A stretch of 64,000 nucleotides of DNA from contig CAVUJU010000002.1 of assembly GCA_963741925.1 (NCBI GenBank), forward strand, positions 595,978 to 659,977. The letters run 5' to 3'. Below the pieces are notes generated by a model. The model worked only from the letters and a program-made list of their open reading frames with translations, made no database searches and was not told the origin of the DNA. This document shows positions 51,402 to 62,294 of the stretch, in pieces. This DNA comes from an uncultured Acidobacteriota bacterium. GTDB lineage: Bacteria > Acidobacteriota > Thermoanaerobaculia > Multivoradales > DATKCC01. Each line of letters begins with the position of its first letter. Position 1 is the first letter of the stretch. A program made the position numbers and the translations under genes.

Positions 51402-52262
51402 TTACCACCCCTCTTTAGCAGCGGTCACTCGTATGAGCAACGGGAGCTGGAGCTCGATCCGCGCGTTCGCGCTAGAACCGGTAGGTCTCTGTTCCAAGTG
51501 ATAGACGAAGGTGGTCGTCAAGGTCTTGCTCGTTTCGGGGCGAAACTGCCATGTTTCGATGTTGGCGGCGGCCTCGGCGCCGAGAAGGCGTTCTCCCGAG
51601 AGCAGCTTCGTGGAAATCACCTTTCCTGCCTGCACTACGACTTTCAAGACCACTTCGCCCGAAATTCCGGCTCGCCGAGCCATCTCAGGATACTTAGGTA
51701 CTTCCGCCGCAACGACTAGAGGCGGCTTTTCCTCCGTTCGAAATCGGATTACCCTGGCAGCGATCTCGCGCGGCGCGGGATGCGCTTCGAGAACCTCGTT
51801 CACGACAAGCTTGGTGCGGAAGCCGTCAAGATGCCCATATCGCCTTCCAGAAACCCGATTCGCATACGCCACAATGGGATTCACTGACAAGTCCTCGGGA
51901 CCCAAAGGCTTCGGGCCGTAGAGTTCGCCGCGAATTGTGACCGAGGCAGAGTGGGACGCCTCGAGAATTCGATCTAAAACGTTACGCCCTGGAGCCTGCG
52001 AACTGACTTCGACCCACGTCGAGGGCTGGACGTCCCATGGGCACAGTGGGTAGTCCGGATCAAAAAAGACCTGTTGCTCCATGCCACTCAGGATTACTCC
52101 AGAGAGGCGAACAGGGATCCGTTGTCCCGCGTTCGCCCTTACCAATGCGGAGCAGAGGTAGAGAACTTCTTCCTGGTTCCTCGCAGTTTGAGCCGGCTGG
52201 CCGCCCAGCACGGTCAGAAGAATTGCTGCTCCTACGCTCAGAGTGATGCTCTTCATAGTCAT
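51402..52262 (-). CDS. exported protein with C-terminal TonB_C-like domain; candidate immunity protein of the orphan RHS toxin
   Basis: Signal peptide MTMKSITLSVGAAILLTVLG and a C-terminal PKYPEMARRAGISGEVVLKVVV. GC is ~50%. It lies immediately downstream of the RHS C-terminal tip. Confidence 0.45.
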   Translation of the reverse strand: MTMKSITLSVGAAILLTVLGGQPAQTARNQEEVLYLCSALVRANAGQRIPVRLSGVILSGMEQQVFFDPDYPLCPWDVQPSTWVEVSSQAPGRNVLDRILEASHSASVTIRGELYGPKPLGPEDLSVNPIVAYANRVSGRRYGHLDGFRTKLVVNEVLEAHPAPREIAARVIRFRTEEKPPLVVAAEVPKYPEMARRAGISGEVVLKVVVQAGKVISTKLLSGERLLGAEAAANIETWQFRPETSKTLTTTFVYHLEQRPTGSSANARIELQLPLLIRVTAAKEGW

Positions 52263-55135
52263 TGCCAGTCTGGAAGCTGGCGTGGCCCTTGGTCCTCGGG
52301 ATTTACGTGGTAATCGCCACTAGGGTTTGCCAAAATTCTCTTGATGGCCATGTTCACTTCTGCGTCCGTCTTCAATCCACCACCGAGAACGCACCCGCTG
52401 CAGCCGGTCGAGTATCGTTCGCCGGCCTGTCTGTACACGGAGTTAGTCAAGTGGAAGGCATTGGTCTCGGTCTGATAGACAGTCAGGTTCTTAGATATGT
52501 CATATGTAACCCACGGCGCGGACGGCAAATTCTGGAAAGTGCTGACAAACGCGCCAGCATCAAGGAGATGTTGTCCTTCGTGAGCGACAGCCGCTCTCAG
52601 CTCGGTCCCATTGAGACCTGGTTTTAGAGTGACGATTCCGCCCAATAGCCAGCTGCCATCGGCGTTGTTCTGCGCGTATGCCTTGGTCGTGCCGCTAGCT
52701 TCTTTGGTATCGCCGAAAGCCACCGTGATGCCGTTGCTCTCGCCAGGCTCGCCGTAAGAGAGAGCTGCATTTCGGACTGCTTCGTCCTTGCTCTTGAGGT
52801 CCTCTTGACGTGCGTTCTCGAAGGAGGCGGAATCTTTCTTGCACTGCCCTTCGTCGTCGATGGAGCAATTCACAACATAGTTGCCGGTCGGATCTGTGTA
52901 TTTGAGAGGATTGTCCTCGGTGTACGCATAGCGATTCCACGACTGCGGCTGGCGAGCGTTTCCGAGAACTGGGTCCACCCGTAGGAACCGCCCGAGCTGG
53001 GGGTTGCAGAACCTCGCATGCATGTAGTCCAAGTCGTCGGCCGCCGAGCTCGTATTGGCGAGATCTCTCTCGTGGCCGGCGAATTTCATGCGCTCGGTGT
53101 CCTGGGTGGGGTTCGTCGCCTCTTCGCCGAAGGGGAAGTAGGCGTGGTAGGCGAGGCCCTGGCCCGAAGCGTTGGTGATGAACCGGACCGAGCCCAGGTG
53201 GTCGAGGTGGAAGTGCTGGACCCCCGAGGGGGTGACCGCCGCCAGGAGCTGGCCGCCCCGGTAGACGTAGTCCCGGTCGACCGACCAGCCGCCGCCCAGG
53301 TTCTTGTAGTCGCGCAGGACCTTGCCGTCCAGGTCCCGGACTGTCCAGTGTGAGGTGTTCGCCGCCAGGTCGTAGGACCAGATCCGCTCGCCGTCGGCCG
53401 TGTAGAGGTAGAGCCAGTCCTTCGAGCCGGGGTTGAAGTCCCACATCTGATCGAGGGCATCGTACTGGTAGGCGTTGCCGTTCCAGGACGTGAGGTTGCC
53501 CGCGGCGTCGTAGGAGACCGCGCCGGTCAGCCGGTTCGTGGTCGAAGAGGTGGGCGTCGAGCGGCCGGTCTTCGTGGTCATGGCCTGGAGGTTTCCGAAG
53601 CCGTCGTACGTGTGGCTGAAGGCGTAGCCCCCCGCGGCCGTGCCGCCGCCCTGGCCGACGTACTGGACGCCCGAGAGCACTCGGTTCACCTTGTCGTAGA
53701 GATAGTACGAGCTCCCCATCTTGGTCACGTCGCCGGCGCCGTCGAAGGTGTAGAGCCCGGTCTGGTAGAGGAGCGTCGTGCCGCGCCTGGCCTCGATCTT
53801 CTGCGGCCGGGGGAGGTTGTAGGGGTCCTTCGCGTAGGTGTCGGTCACCCAGGTCGCGGCGTTGCCCGGCGTGTTGACGTGGGTCACCTGGTTCACCTGG
53901 CCGTTCGGGTGGTAGGTGATCGAGCTCGAGTAGCCCGGCACCGCGGTCAGGAAGCCGTTGGTGTAGGTGGGGCTCACAGTCCGAACCGTCCCGGCAGAGC
54001 AGCCCGCCTGCGTGCACCGCGGGTAGGTCACCGACGCCGGATCCCCCAGGTCGTTCCAGACCCAGCTCTGGGTGAAGCTCTCGGCAGCCGAGCCGTTGAC
54101 CACGTTGACCGTGTTGCGATTCGAGACCCGTCCCTCCTTGCCCCCGTAGGCGTAGGTCTCATCGATCTCGACGGTGTAATTCGTCGCTCCGATCACCGGG
54201 TAATTGTACCCCCGGGCCACCTGGAGCTTGCCCAGGCGGTAATCGCCCGCGCCGTTGGCCGTGGCGAAGGTGAAGCTCTTCAAGGGGCGGTAGAGGCCGA
54301 AGCCCTGCGACTCCTCGACCTTGGTCAGTCGCTCGGCCCCGTCGTAGGTGAAGCGGAGGGTATTCGGCCCGTCCGTCATCTGCCCCGCGTGGCCCCGGGC
54401 GTCGTAGCTCCCGTAGGTGACGTAGCCGTTGCCAGAGGACCCCGTCTCCGGATGGCGCTCCGAGAGGAGGAAGCCCCGGGAGTCGTAGTTGAAGAGCCGG
54501 GTCTGGGTGAACGAGGTCCCGGCGGCGTTCTTCGCCGTCTGGCTGACCCGCGCGAGACGCGAACCCACGTCATAGGAATAGGTCGTCGTCGAGTCGCTGC
54601 CGTTCGGGTTCGCCGGCTCGAAGACCTGGTAGAGCCGCCCCTGGCGGTCGTAGATCTCGGTCGTGGTCGCCGCGGACTCGGTGACCGCCGTGCCGTTCCA
54701 GGCGGTGCCGACCTTCACCGTGCGATCGACCTGCCGGACGCCGTGGTAGGTCAGGGTCACGTCGTGGGCCGAGCCGTCGGGCGGCTGGATCAGCGTCGGG
54801 CGGCCGAAGGGGTCGAAGTTTCGATAGATCGTCGCGGAATTCGTCGCCCACCCGGTCTTCGACCTCACCCAGCCCGCCGCGTTGTAGTTGGTCGCCCGGC
54901 TCGAGATCGTGCCGTCGGCCATCGTCCGGCGCTCGAGGGAGACCCGGCCCAGGCCGTCGAAGTCGAGCTCCCGGGTCGAGAGGGGCGAGCCGCCGCCGTG
55001 GGGCTTGCGGTAGATCCAGACCTTGGGCTCTCGTCGCTTCCTCGGATTGACGTGATCAAATTTAAAGTTCGCTCTCCGGCCGAAGAAGCCACTTGGCGTT
55101 GCTATGTAAGACGCTCGGCGTGGTCTCTTGCGCAA
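52259..55135 (-). CDS. orphan (5'-truncated) RHS repeat cassette with alternative C-terminal toxin domain
   Basis: From KVWIYRKPHGGGSPL through ...CNPQLGRFL it is ~95% identical to the main RHS gene. After the YTDPTGNY boundary it continues into a unique ~250-aa C-terminus. A unique 37-aa N-terminus provides the start. Confidence 0.7.
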   Translation of the reverse strand: MRKRPRRASYIATPSGFFGRRANFKFDHVNPRKRREPKVWIYRKPHGGGSPLSTRELDFDGLGRVSLERRTMADGTISSRATNYNAAGWVRSKTGWATNSATIYRNFDPFGRPTLIQPPDGSAHDVTLTYHGVRQVDRTVKVGTAWNGTAVTESAATTTEIYDRQGRLYQVFEPANPNGSDSTTTYSYDVGSRLARVSQTAKNAAGTSFTQTRLFNYDSRGFLLSERHPETGSSGNGYVTYGSYDARGHAGQMTDGPNTLRFTYDGAERLTKVEESQGFGLYRPLKSFTFATANGAGDYRLGKLQVARGYNYPVIGATNYTVEIDETYAYGGKEGRVSNRNTVNVVNGSAAESFTQSWVWNDLGDPASVTYPRCTQAGCSAGTVRTVSPTYTNGFLTAVPGYSSSITYHPNGQVNQVTHVNTPGNAATWVTDTYAKDPYNLPRPQKIEARRGTTLLYQTGLYTFDGAGDVTKMGSSYYLYDKVNRVLSGVQYVGQGGGTAAGGYAFSHTYDGFGNLQAMTTKTGRSTPTSSTTNRLTGAVSYDAAGNLTSWNGNAYQYDALDQMWDFNPGSKDWLYLYTADGERIWSYDLAANTSHWTVRDLDGKVLRDYKNLGGGWSVDRDYVYRGGQLLAAVTPSGVQHFHLDHLGSVRFITNASGQGLAYHAYFPFGEEATNPTQDTERMKFAGHERDLANTSSAADDLDYMHARFCNPQLGRFLRVDPVLGNARQPQSWNRYAYTEDNPLKYTDPTGNYVVNCSIDDEGQCKKDSASFENARQEDLKSKDEAVRNAALSYGEPGESNGITVAFGDTKEASGTTKAYAQNNADGSWLLGGIVTLKPGLNGTELRAAVAHEGQHLLDAGAFVSTFQNLPSAPWVTYDISKNLTVYQTETNAFHLTNSVYRQAGERYSTGCSGCVLGGGLKTDAEVNMAIKRILANPSGDYHVNPEDQGPRQLPDWQ

Positions 55136-55156
55136 GCCAACAGCAATAGGCCCAAC

Positions 55157-56179
55157 TTACTGCGCGTGATGCAGTGATTGTCTCCAAACTGTCTCAGACT
55201 GGGGTCTGGGTCCAGTGGTCGTGACAAAGACAAGCTCCCTCTCCTCTGCGTTGGAGGCGTCGACGAGCAGCCGATCCGCTCCCGCTCGACGCACAGTCGT
55301 TGGTGACAAGCTTTCGGAGCGCCAGACTTCCCACTTGCTCAGCTCTTCGTCGATCGTCTCGATGTGGCAGTTCTTGGGGTGCGTGGGGCTGACCACCTCG
55401 CAGCTTGCGACGTAGGCTTGCTCTCCTTGTCCGTAAATCCACAAGACGTTCTTTATCTTGAGCTGATCGAGACTAAAATCCTTCCAGATGTACACTCGAT
55501 CGCCTTTCCTAAGCAGTAAGCTTGCTCCGACACGGACAACATCATCTGGCAACCAAGACCAAGGGAAAGTATGATCGACGAACCGCCCGAGCGGGTCGAC
55601 CTCGCGGAGAGCTACGCCTCCGTCAAGCCGCCGGAAGCAGGTCGCTCTTCCGTCTTCTCCGAACCGGGGGAAAAGGCAATCGAGCGGCAAGAGAAGCGAC
55701 CTCCGTAAAGGCCCTCGTGCTGACATAGGTGGGATTTCGATGTCGCACATATCAATATCTATTGTTGCGTTACAAAGAATGACGTCGCCAGCTGCGTCCT
55801 CGGCAGACACGGCTGAGAGACCAAGAGCCATGTCGAGGTATCTCGAGGTCATAGGGGAACCTCCCTCGTCGAGTACGAGAACCCTGCCTTCTTCCTGGTG
55901 TCCCCGGAGAAGCACCACGGTTGACCCCGATGAGGTCTGCCAGAAGGAGCTGATTAACCGAGCATTCTGGCCCTTCAGAAGCGGCTCCCATCCGCGCTCA
56001 ATACTCCACGAACATATGCCATCATCTTGTGGGCATAAAAGAGCAAAGCCCACAGGACTCTTCGACGTCGGTGAACTCTCAGCGCTTAGTGAGAAGCCAA
56101 GTCTCATGGCCAGTGCTCCGAGGACTATCAAGGAGCGTGAGACGTGAGAAAGCTTAGCGGTCAGGCGGTATCTTCTCAT
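55157..56179 (-). CDS. low-GC hypothetical protein; candidate immunity protein for the main RHS toxin
   Basis: Possible start MRRYRLTAKLSHVSRSLIVLGALAM (signal-like); the track ORF alternatively starts at 56218. GC is ~52%. It sits directly downstream of the RHS toxin tip. Confidence 0.4.
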   Translation of the reverse strand: MRRYRLTAKLSHVSRSLIVLGALAMRLGFSLSAESSPTSKSPVGFALLCPQDDGICSWSIERGWEPLLKGQNARLISSFWQTSSGSTVVLLRGHQEEGRVLVLDEGGSPMTSRYLDMALGLSAVSAEDAAGDVILCNATIDIDMCDIEIPPMSARGPLRRSLLLPLDCLFPRFGEDGRATCFRRLDGGVALREVDPLGRFVDHTFPWSWLPDDVVRVGASLLLRKGDRVYIWKDFSLDQLKIKNVLWIYGQGEQAYVASCEVVSPTHPKNCHIETIDEELSKWEVWRSESLSPTTVRRAGADRLLVDASNAEERELVFVTTTGPRPQSETVWRQSLHHAQ

Positions 56180-56198
56180 GGACGGTTTCTCTGTATCT

Positions 56199-59100
56199 TC
56201 AATAGTCTTGGTGCACAAGCCTGTCGAGCAGATCCCGGCCAGCTCTCAAAGAACCTAGACCTGAAATTGCGTTTAGCTGTTGCTGTCTCTCCCTTCTGTT
56301 CCTTGGTTTCTTTGCTTCTTTCAAATCTTTGGCGATTTGCTTCTGAGCCTTGAGCGCCGCGTCCGACTCGTAGCCGGTGTATGATAGCCGAACTCCCGTT
56401 TCATTTTTTTTGAAACGCGCCTTAAGTGTCATTCCTGTTTCGCGCAGCTCCAAAACGTGGAACAACTCGTGACCGACGCGGGCAGCTCCGTAGTCGCCGA
56501 CTCGTAAGTGGATGACTACGCTCACTGCCCCGTCCTTGTAGAGAGTTTGGTCTTGGACGGCGTCGCTGCCCGGCGGCGACGTTGCCTGGGGAGCTCCAAA
56601 GTCCACGAGTACTTCGCTGGCTGGAAGGTTGTCTAGGGCTGTAAAGATTCTTTCGAACTCAGCGCTGTGAGAACGTCCGCTTGTGACGCTTTCCTGTAGC
56701 CAGTCGGGAACACGTACTTCTTGACCGTCGGGATCAGTCAAAGTTAGTGGGTTGGCTCTTGAATAGAGATAACGGTTCCAGCTCTGTGGCTCGGCTGGCA
56801 CAGCTGCCTCGGTAACATCAGTCGAGAGAAACCGCCCAAGCTGCGGATTGCAGAACCTGGCATGCATGTAGTCGAGGTCATCCGCAGCCGAGCTCGTATT
56901 GGCGAGGTCGCGCTCGTGCCCGGCGAATTTCATGCGCTCGGTGTCCTTGGTGGGGTTCGTCGCCTCTTCGCCGAAGGGGAAGTAGGCGTGGTAGGCGAGG
57001 CCCTGGCCCGAAGCGTTGGTGATGAAGCGGACCGAGCCCAGGTGGTCGAGGTGGAAGTGCTGGACCCCTGTGGGCGTGACGGCCGCCAGGAGCTGGCTGC
57101 CGCGGTAGACGTAGTCGCGATCGACCGACCAGCCACCGGGGCCGTTCTTGTAGTCGCGCAGGACCTTCCCGTCCAGGTCCCGGACCGTCCAGTGGGAGGT
57201 GTTCGCCGCCAGGTCGTAGGACCAGATCCGCTCGCCGTCGGCCGTGTAGAGGTAGAGCCAGTCTTTCGAGCCGGGGTTGAAGTCCCACATCTGGTCGAGG
57301 GCATCGTACTGGTAGGCGTTGCCGTTCCAGGCCGTGAGGTTGCCCGCGGCGTCGTAGGAGACCGCGCCGGTCAGCCGGTTCGTGGTCGAAGAGGTGGGCG
57401 TCGAGCGGCCGGTCTTCGTGGTCATGGCCTGGAGGTTTCCGAAGCCGTCGTACGTGTGGCTGAAGGCGTAGCCCCCCGCGGCCGTGCCGCCGCCCTGGCC
57501 GACGTACTGGACGCCCGAGAGCACTCGGTTCACCTTGTCGTAGAGATAGTACGAGCTCCCCATCTTGGTCACGTCGCCGGCGCCGTCGAAGGTGTAGAGC
57601 CCGGTCTGGTAGAGGAGCGTCGTGCCGCGCCTGGCCTCGATCTTCTGCGGCCGGGGGAGGCCGTTCGGGTCCTCGAAGTAGGTGTCGGTCACGCCGTTCG
57701 TCCGGACGACCTGGTCGACCTGGCCGTTCGGATGGTAGGTGATCGAGTTGCTGTAGCCCGGCACCGCGGTCAGGAACCCGTTGGTGTAGGTGGGCGTCAC
57801 GGTGCGGATCGTCCCGGCCGCACAGCCCGCCTGGGTGCACCGCGGGTAGGTCACCGACGCCGGATCCCCCAGGTCGTTCCAGACCCAGCTCTGGGTGAAG
57901 CTCTCGGCAGCCGAGCCGTTGATCACGTTGACCGTGGCGCGATTCGAGACCCGTCCCTCCTTGCCCCCGTAGGCGTAGGTCTCATCGATCTCGACGGTGT
58001 AGTTCGTCGCTCCGATCACCGGGTAATTGTACCCCCGGGCCACCTGGAGCTTGCCCAGGCGGTAATCGCCCGCGCCGTTGGCCGTGGCGAAGGTGAAGCT
58101 CTTCAAGGGGCGGTAGAGGCCGAAGCCCTGCGACTCCTCGACCTTGGTCAGTCGCTCGGCCCCGTCGTAGGTGAAGCGGAGGGTATTCGGCCCGTCCGTC
58201 ATCGTCCCCGCGTGGCCACGGGCGTCGTAGCTCCCGTAGGTGACGTAGCCGTTGCCAGAGGACCCCGTCTCCGGATGGCGCTCCGAGAGGAGGAAGCCCC
58301 GGGAGTCGTAGTTGAAGAGCCGGGTCTGGGTGAACGAGGTCCCGGCGGCGTTCTTCGCCGTCTGGCTGACCCGCGCGAGACGCGAACCCACGTCATAGGA
58401 ATAGGTCGTCGTCGAGTCGCTGCCGTTCGGGTTCGCCGGCTCGAAGACCTGGTAGAGCCGCCCCTGGCGGTCGTAGATCTCGGTCGTGGTCGCCGAGGAC
58501 TCGGTGACCGCCGTGCCGTTCCAGGCGGTGCCGACCTTCACCGTGCGATCGACCTGCCGGACGCCGTGGTAGGTCAGGGTCAAGTCGTGGGCCGAGCCGT
58601 CGGGCGGCTGGATCAGCGTCGGGCGGCCGAAGGGGTCGAAGTTTCGATAGATCGTCGCGGAATTCGTCGCCCACCCGGTCTTCGACTTCACCCAGCCCGC
58701 CGCGTTGTAGTTGGTCGCCCGGCTCGAGATCGTGCCGTCGGCCATCGTCCGGCGCTCGAGGGAGACCCGGCCCAGGCCGTCGAAGTCGAGCTCCCGGGTC
58801 GAAAGGGGCGAGCCGCCGCCGTGGGGCTTGCGGTAGATCCAGACCTTGGGCGGGTCGGTCGGGGCGCTGTAGACGAACTGGGTCCGCCCTTCCTGGGCCG
58901 GCAGGACCAGGGTCGGCCGGCCGAGGACGTCGTACTGGTAGGTGGTGGCGAGCCCCGAGACGTCGCGGCTCGTCTTGACCAGGCCGCTCCCGAGGTCGAT
59001 CACCCGATCCAGGGACTTGAACGGCTGGCCCGAGTACTGCGAGCTCGCCAGCACGCCGGCCTGGTAGCTGTGGTCGATCTGGTACCTCGCGGCCGGCAGG

Positions 59101-61102
59101 GCGAGCCCGCAGAGGCCCCCGGTCCCGAGGCCCTGCGTGTCGCCGCCGAAGAACTTCTCGCTCGTGACGTTGCCCACGCCGTCGCGGACGTAGACCGTGA
59201 CGAGGTCGGTCGAGCTCCGGGTCGTCCCGCTCCGAAGCGTCCGGGTACTCGTGAGAGCGCCCGTCGTGCCGTCGAAACAGGCCTCGGTTTTGGCCGTCAC
59301 GCCCCCCTCGGTGACCGTTTGGTAGGTGTAGGTGCCGAGCAACCAGGCCGCGCCTGTCGCCGGCGTGCAGGTGGCGCAGGAGCCCGGGTTGTAGTTGGTG
59401 AAGGTGGTGCGCACGTTGCCGGCGGCGAAGTTGCCGCCCGTCGCGACCTGGCGGTAGTGGCCCAGGCCGTCGAAGCTCGAAGAGTTTGTGTCGGCAAAGG
59501 TCCCGCCGTCGTCCACGTAGACCGTCCGCTCCGAGGCGACCCGCGGGTTGAAGTCCTGGCCGCTCGACTCGTAGCGCACGTAGATCCGCCGCTTGACCGC
59601 GCTCGCCCCCTGGCGGATCTCGCTCGAGAGGAACCGAGTGCCGCTCGCGTCCTTGGCGTTGCGGGTGAAGGGCAGGCCGTAGTCGTGGTACGACCAGCCG
59701 CCCGGGTCCGGGTCCTGGGTGGAGCAACCGCTGATCCCAGGCTGGCAGGCGTAGACGCTGAAGTAGTGGGTCGTCTGGTTGCCGAGGGGGTCGGTCACGG
59801 TCGTCGTCGACGCGCGCCCGATGCCGGAAGAATCGGAGGTGAACCCCTCCTGGTAGGTCCACGTCCCCTCGACCGTGCCGTCGGCCTGGACCGTCTGGCG
59901 CTGGACGACCCCCACCGAGCGGCTGAAGGGCCGCAGGCCGAAGCCACCGCTGGGCCCCTGCTTCAACACCCCGCCCAGAGTCTCGGACCTCTTGGGGAAG
60001 AGGTAGTAGTTCCAGCTCCACCGGAGCGTGCCGTGGGTCGGGAGCGTCATCGAGAGCAGGTGGGCCGACCGGCTGTCGGTCTGGGCGAGGTCGCAGGCGC
60101 CGTGGTACGGGCCGGGGTCGTAGGTGAAGTCATAGGCCGGCACCTGGCTCTGCGGCGTCCGCGGGTCGCTCCGCGTGATGCTCGTCAGCAGCGGGACGAC
60201 CACCGTGGTCGAGGCGTAGGCGCACGAGAGGGCCGGATCGGTCATCCCTCGCGTCACCTCGGTCCCCGAGTAGTGGAAGGTGTAGGTGAGCGTCTGGCCG
60301 CCGAAGGCGGTCACGACCACCCGGTCCACGACGCCCTCCTTGTACACCTTCGCGAGCGCCGGCGCCGGCTTGAAGTAGATCATCTGGACCCGGTGGAGTG
60401 AGTCGGTGAGCCTCCAGTTCTCGAGGCCCGGGTAGGTTGCCGAGGCGAGGTACTCGATGTTCAGGAAGTTGCCGAACCGGTCTTCGATCCGGGTGGGCCG
60501 TTCATTCCCCGTCTTCGAATCCTTCACCAGATCACGCCGGGTGCCGTCGGGGAACTCGAGAACGTGGGGCGCGACGCTGGTGTTGTAGCGCAGGTAGGTG
60601 CTGTCCTTCGTGTACTTGAAGCCGGTGGCGGTCGACCCTCCGAGGTGGAGGCTGACGGCGAGGGGGTGTTCGGCTCCGTCGGGGCTCCGGTAGCCGCCCG
60701 GGTTGGTGTTGGTGGTCGGCTCGACGGTCCCGAAGGAGAGGTGCCAGCCGAGCCCCGAATTGTCTGAGGCCCGAGGCACGGCCATCAGGTAGTAGCCGCC
60801 GGTGGCGAGGTTCTCGTCGAGCTCGTAGTCCCAGACATTGCCTGTATACGTCAAGACGAGGGGTACAGAGAAGCCGCCGTTGACCGGGTACGAGGCGAGC
60901 GGAATCTGTACCGTGAGGTTTCCGTTGAACTCGTTGATGCTGTCGAGGTCCCCGAGCTGGTAGAGGTGCTCGGGCTGGAAGCCCTGGGCGTGATTCGGGT
61001 GCTGGAGGCCCGCGGCCGGCAGGGCGGCCAGGGCGAGGAGTAGGGCGAGCCCGGCGGCCGGGCGAAGGGTGGAAGGGCGGGGCGAGGCGGAAGGGCTCAT
61101 GG
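56199..61102 (-). CDS. full-length RHS/YD-repeat protein with signal peptide and C-terminal HExxH toxin-like domain
   Basis: Start ATG 61102 with GGAGAG SD, then signal MSPSASPRPSTLRPAAGLALLLALAALPAAG. Many YD repeats, an RHS core ending ...TDPDGQ, and a C-terminal ~215 aa containing GHELFHVLE. Confidence 0.8.
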
Positions 61103-61126
61103 TCGTCTCTCCGGGGCGGGGTCGGT

Positions 61127-61900
61127 TCAGGGCTCTTGGCCCGGCGGCACCAGCCGGGCGGCGAAGTAGTCGAGGGTGTCCAGGTTGACCGCCATCACCA
61201 CGTCGCCGACGGCGAGCTCGGCCGGCGGTGCCGGGGCGGCCTCGATCGGAAGGGCCGAGGCGAGGTCGACCTCGGCGCCGGCAGCCGTCGGGCTGCCTTG
61301 CGCCCCGCGCGACGCCGCCCCGCGCCAGGCCCCCACCCCGGGCCGGACGAAGAGGACCTCCGCCCGCTCCCAGGAGGTGTGGAGCCGCCTCACCACGCCC
61401 CCCGGCGCCTGGGCGAGACCGTCGGCCGGGAAGGCGACCTCGTGGGCGATCGACCCCTCCGGGCTCGCGAGGCCGAGCTCGCCGGTGCCCGTGTCGATCG
61501 CCGCCCAGACCGAGAACGGGGCGACGCCGTCCGGCACTTCGTAGCGGAGGGTGCCCGTCGCGTCCGCCGTCAGGACCTCGTCGGTCGGTACCAGCGCCCA
61601 GTAGTAGACATCGTGGTAGCGGCTCACCCCGTGGAGGATCACCTCCGCCGCCGGCCCGAGGCCGCTCACCACCACCGCGTCCGGCTCGAATGCGATCTCC
61701 GGCGGCGAGCTCGCCGCCGGCTTCAAGGGGATCGGTGCCATCGCCCCCGCGGCGACCGACCCCGCGAGGAACGAGGTGAGGACCAGGAAGCCGACCCGCC
61801 AGGAGGCACGAAGCGGCCTCGCGACCCGGCAACCAGGAGACCAACGTCCGTAACCCCGCGAAGGATCTGTCGCGGTCGAGTCCTTCGGTCTTCTTGTCAT
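61127..61900 (-). CDS. hypothetical membrane-anchored/exported protein upstream of RHS
   Basis: MTRRPKDST...RVGFLVLTSFLAGSVAAGAMA, about 255 aa. The track ORF 61127..62110 extends 5' into the duplicated small-gene fragment. Confidence 0.4.
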   Translation of the reverse strand: MTRRPKDSTATDPSRGYGRWSPGCRVARPLRASWRVGFLVLTSFLAGSVAAGAMAPIPLKPAASSPPEIAFEPDAVVVSGLGPAAEVILHGVSRYHDVYYWALVPTDEVLTADATGTLRYEVPDGVAPFSVWAAIDTGTGELGLASPEGSIAHEVAFPADGLAQAPGGVVRRLHTSWERAEVLFVRPGVGAWRGAASRGAQGSPTAAGAEVDLASALPIEAAPAPPAELAVGDVVMAVNLDTLDYFAARLVPPGQEP

Positions 61901-61983
61901 GAGCATTCTCCCAATATGTAGCGAAGCGTCGGGCCCTGTCCGAGCGGCCACCGCGCCGGGCTGCGGGACCACCTGGCCGCCCT

Positions 61984-62092
61984 CGATCTGCACCAGTGCC
62001 CTCAGACGACGCCCGGCGTCGTGCATCAGGCGAGCCGTGAAGGGCTCGAGATCCCGGACCCGCCCATCTGCTTTGGCTTTCTTGCTGACCAT
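61984..62092 (-). pseudogene. 5' fragment (about 37 codons) duplicating the small gene at 48236-48475
   Basis: MVSKKAKADGRVRDLEPFTARLMHDAGRRLRALVQIEG versus MAAKKAGSAGRVRDLEPFTARLTPDAKRRLMALAQIKG. The nucleotide similarity extends a few bp upstream of both ATGs. Confidence 0.6.
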
Positions 62093-62294
62093 GGGCTTGA
62101 GCTTATACACGGAGATGTACGCATGTCAAGAACTTTCTGCATTGAGATTCCTGGCGCCCAGATTCACGCCGGCGGGCTGGCGGAGAGCTTCCGGGGCCTT
62201 CCGGGTGGCCGGCCTCGGGTGACACAGGGTTCAGGTAGAGCGAGGATGACCTGGCGGGCCACCGACCGGCGAGCGGGCGATTGTCGGACCTGGC

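Noticed and set aside
56862-60401. 1179-aa plus-strand ORF antisense to the RHS gene, plus similar antisense ORFs at 53612-55177 and 48526-49287
   Set aside because: It is a mirror image of the YD-repeat coding strand. RHS identity is on the minus strand with a signal peptide and SD.
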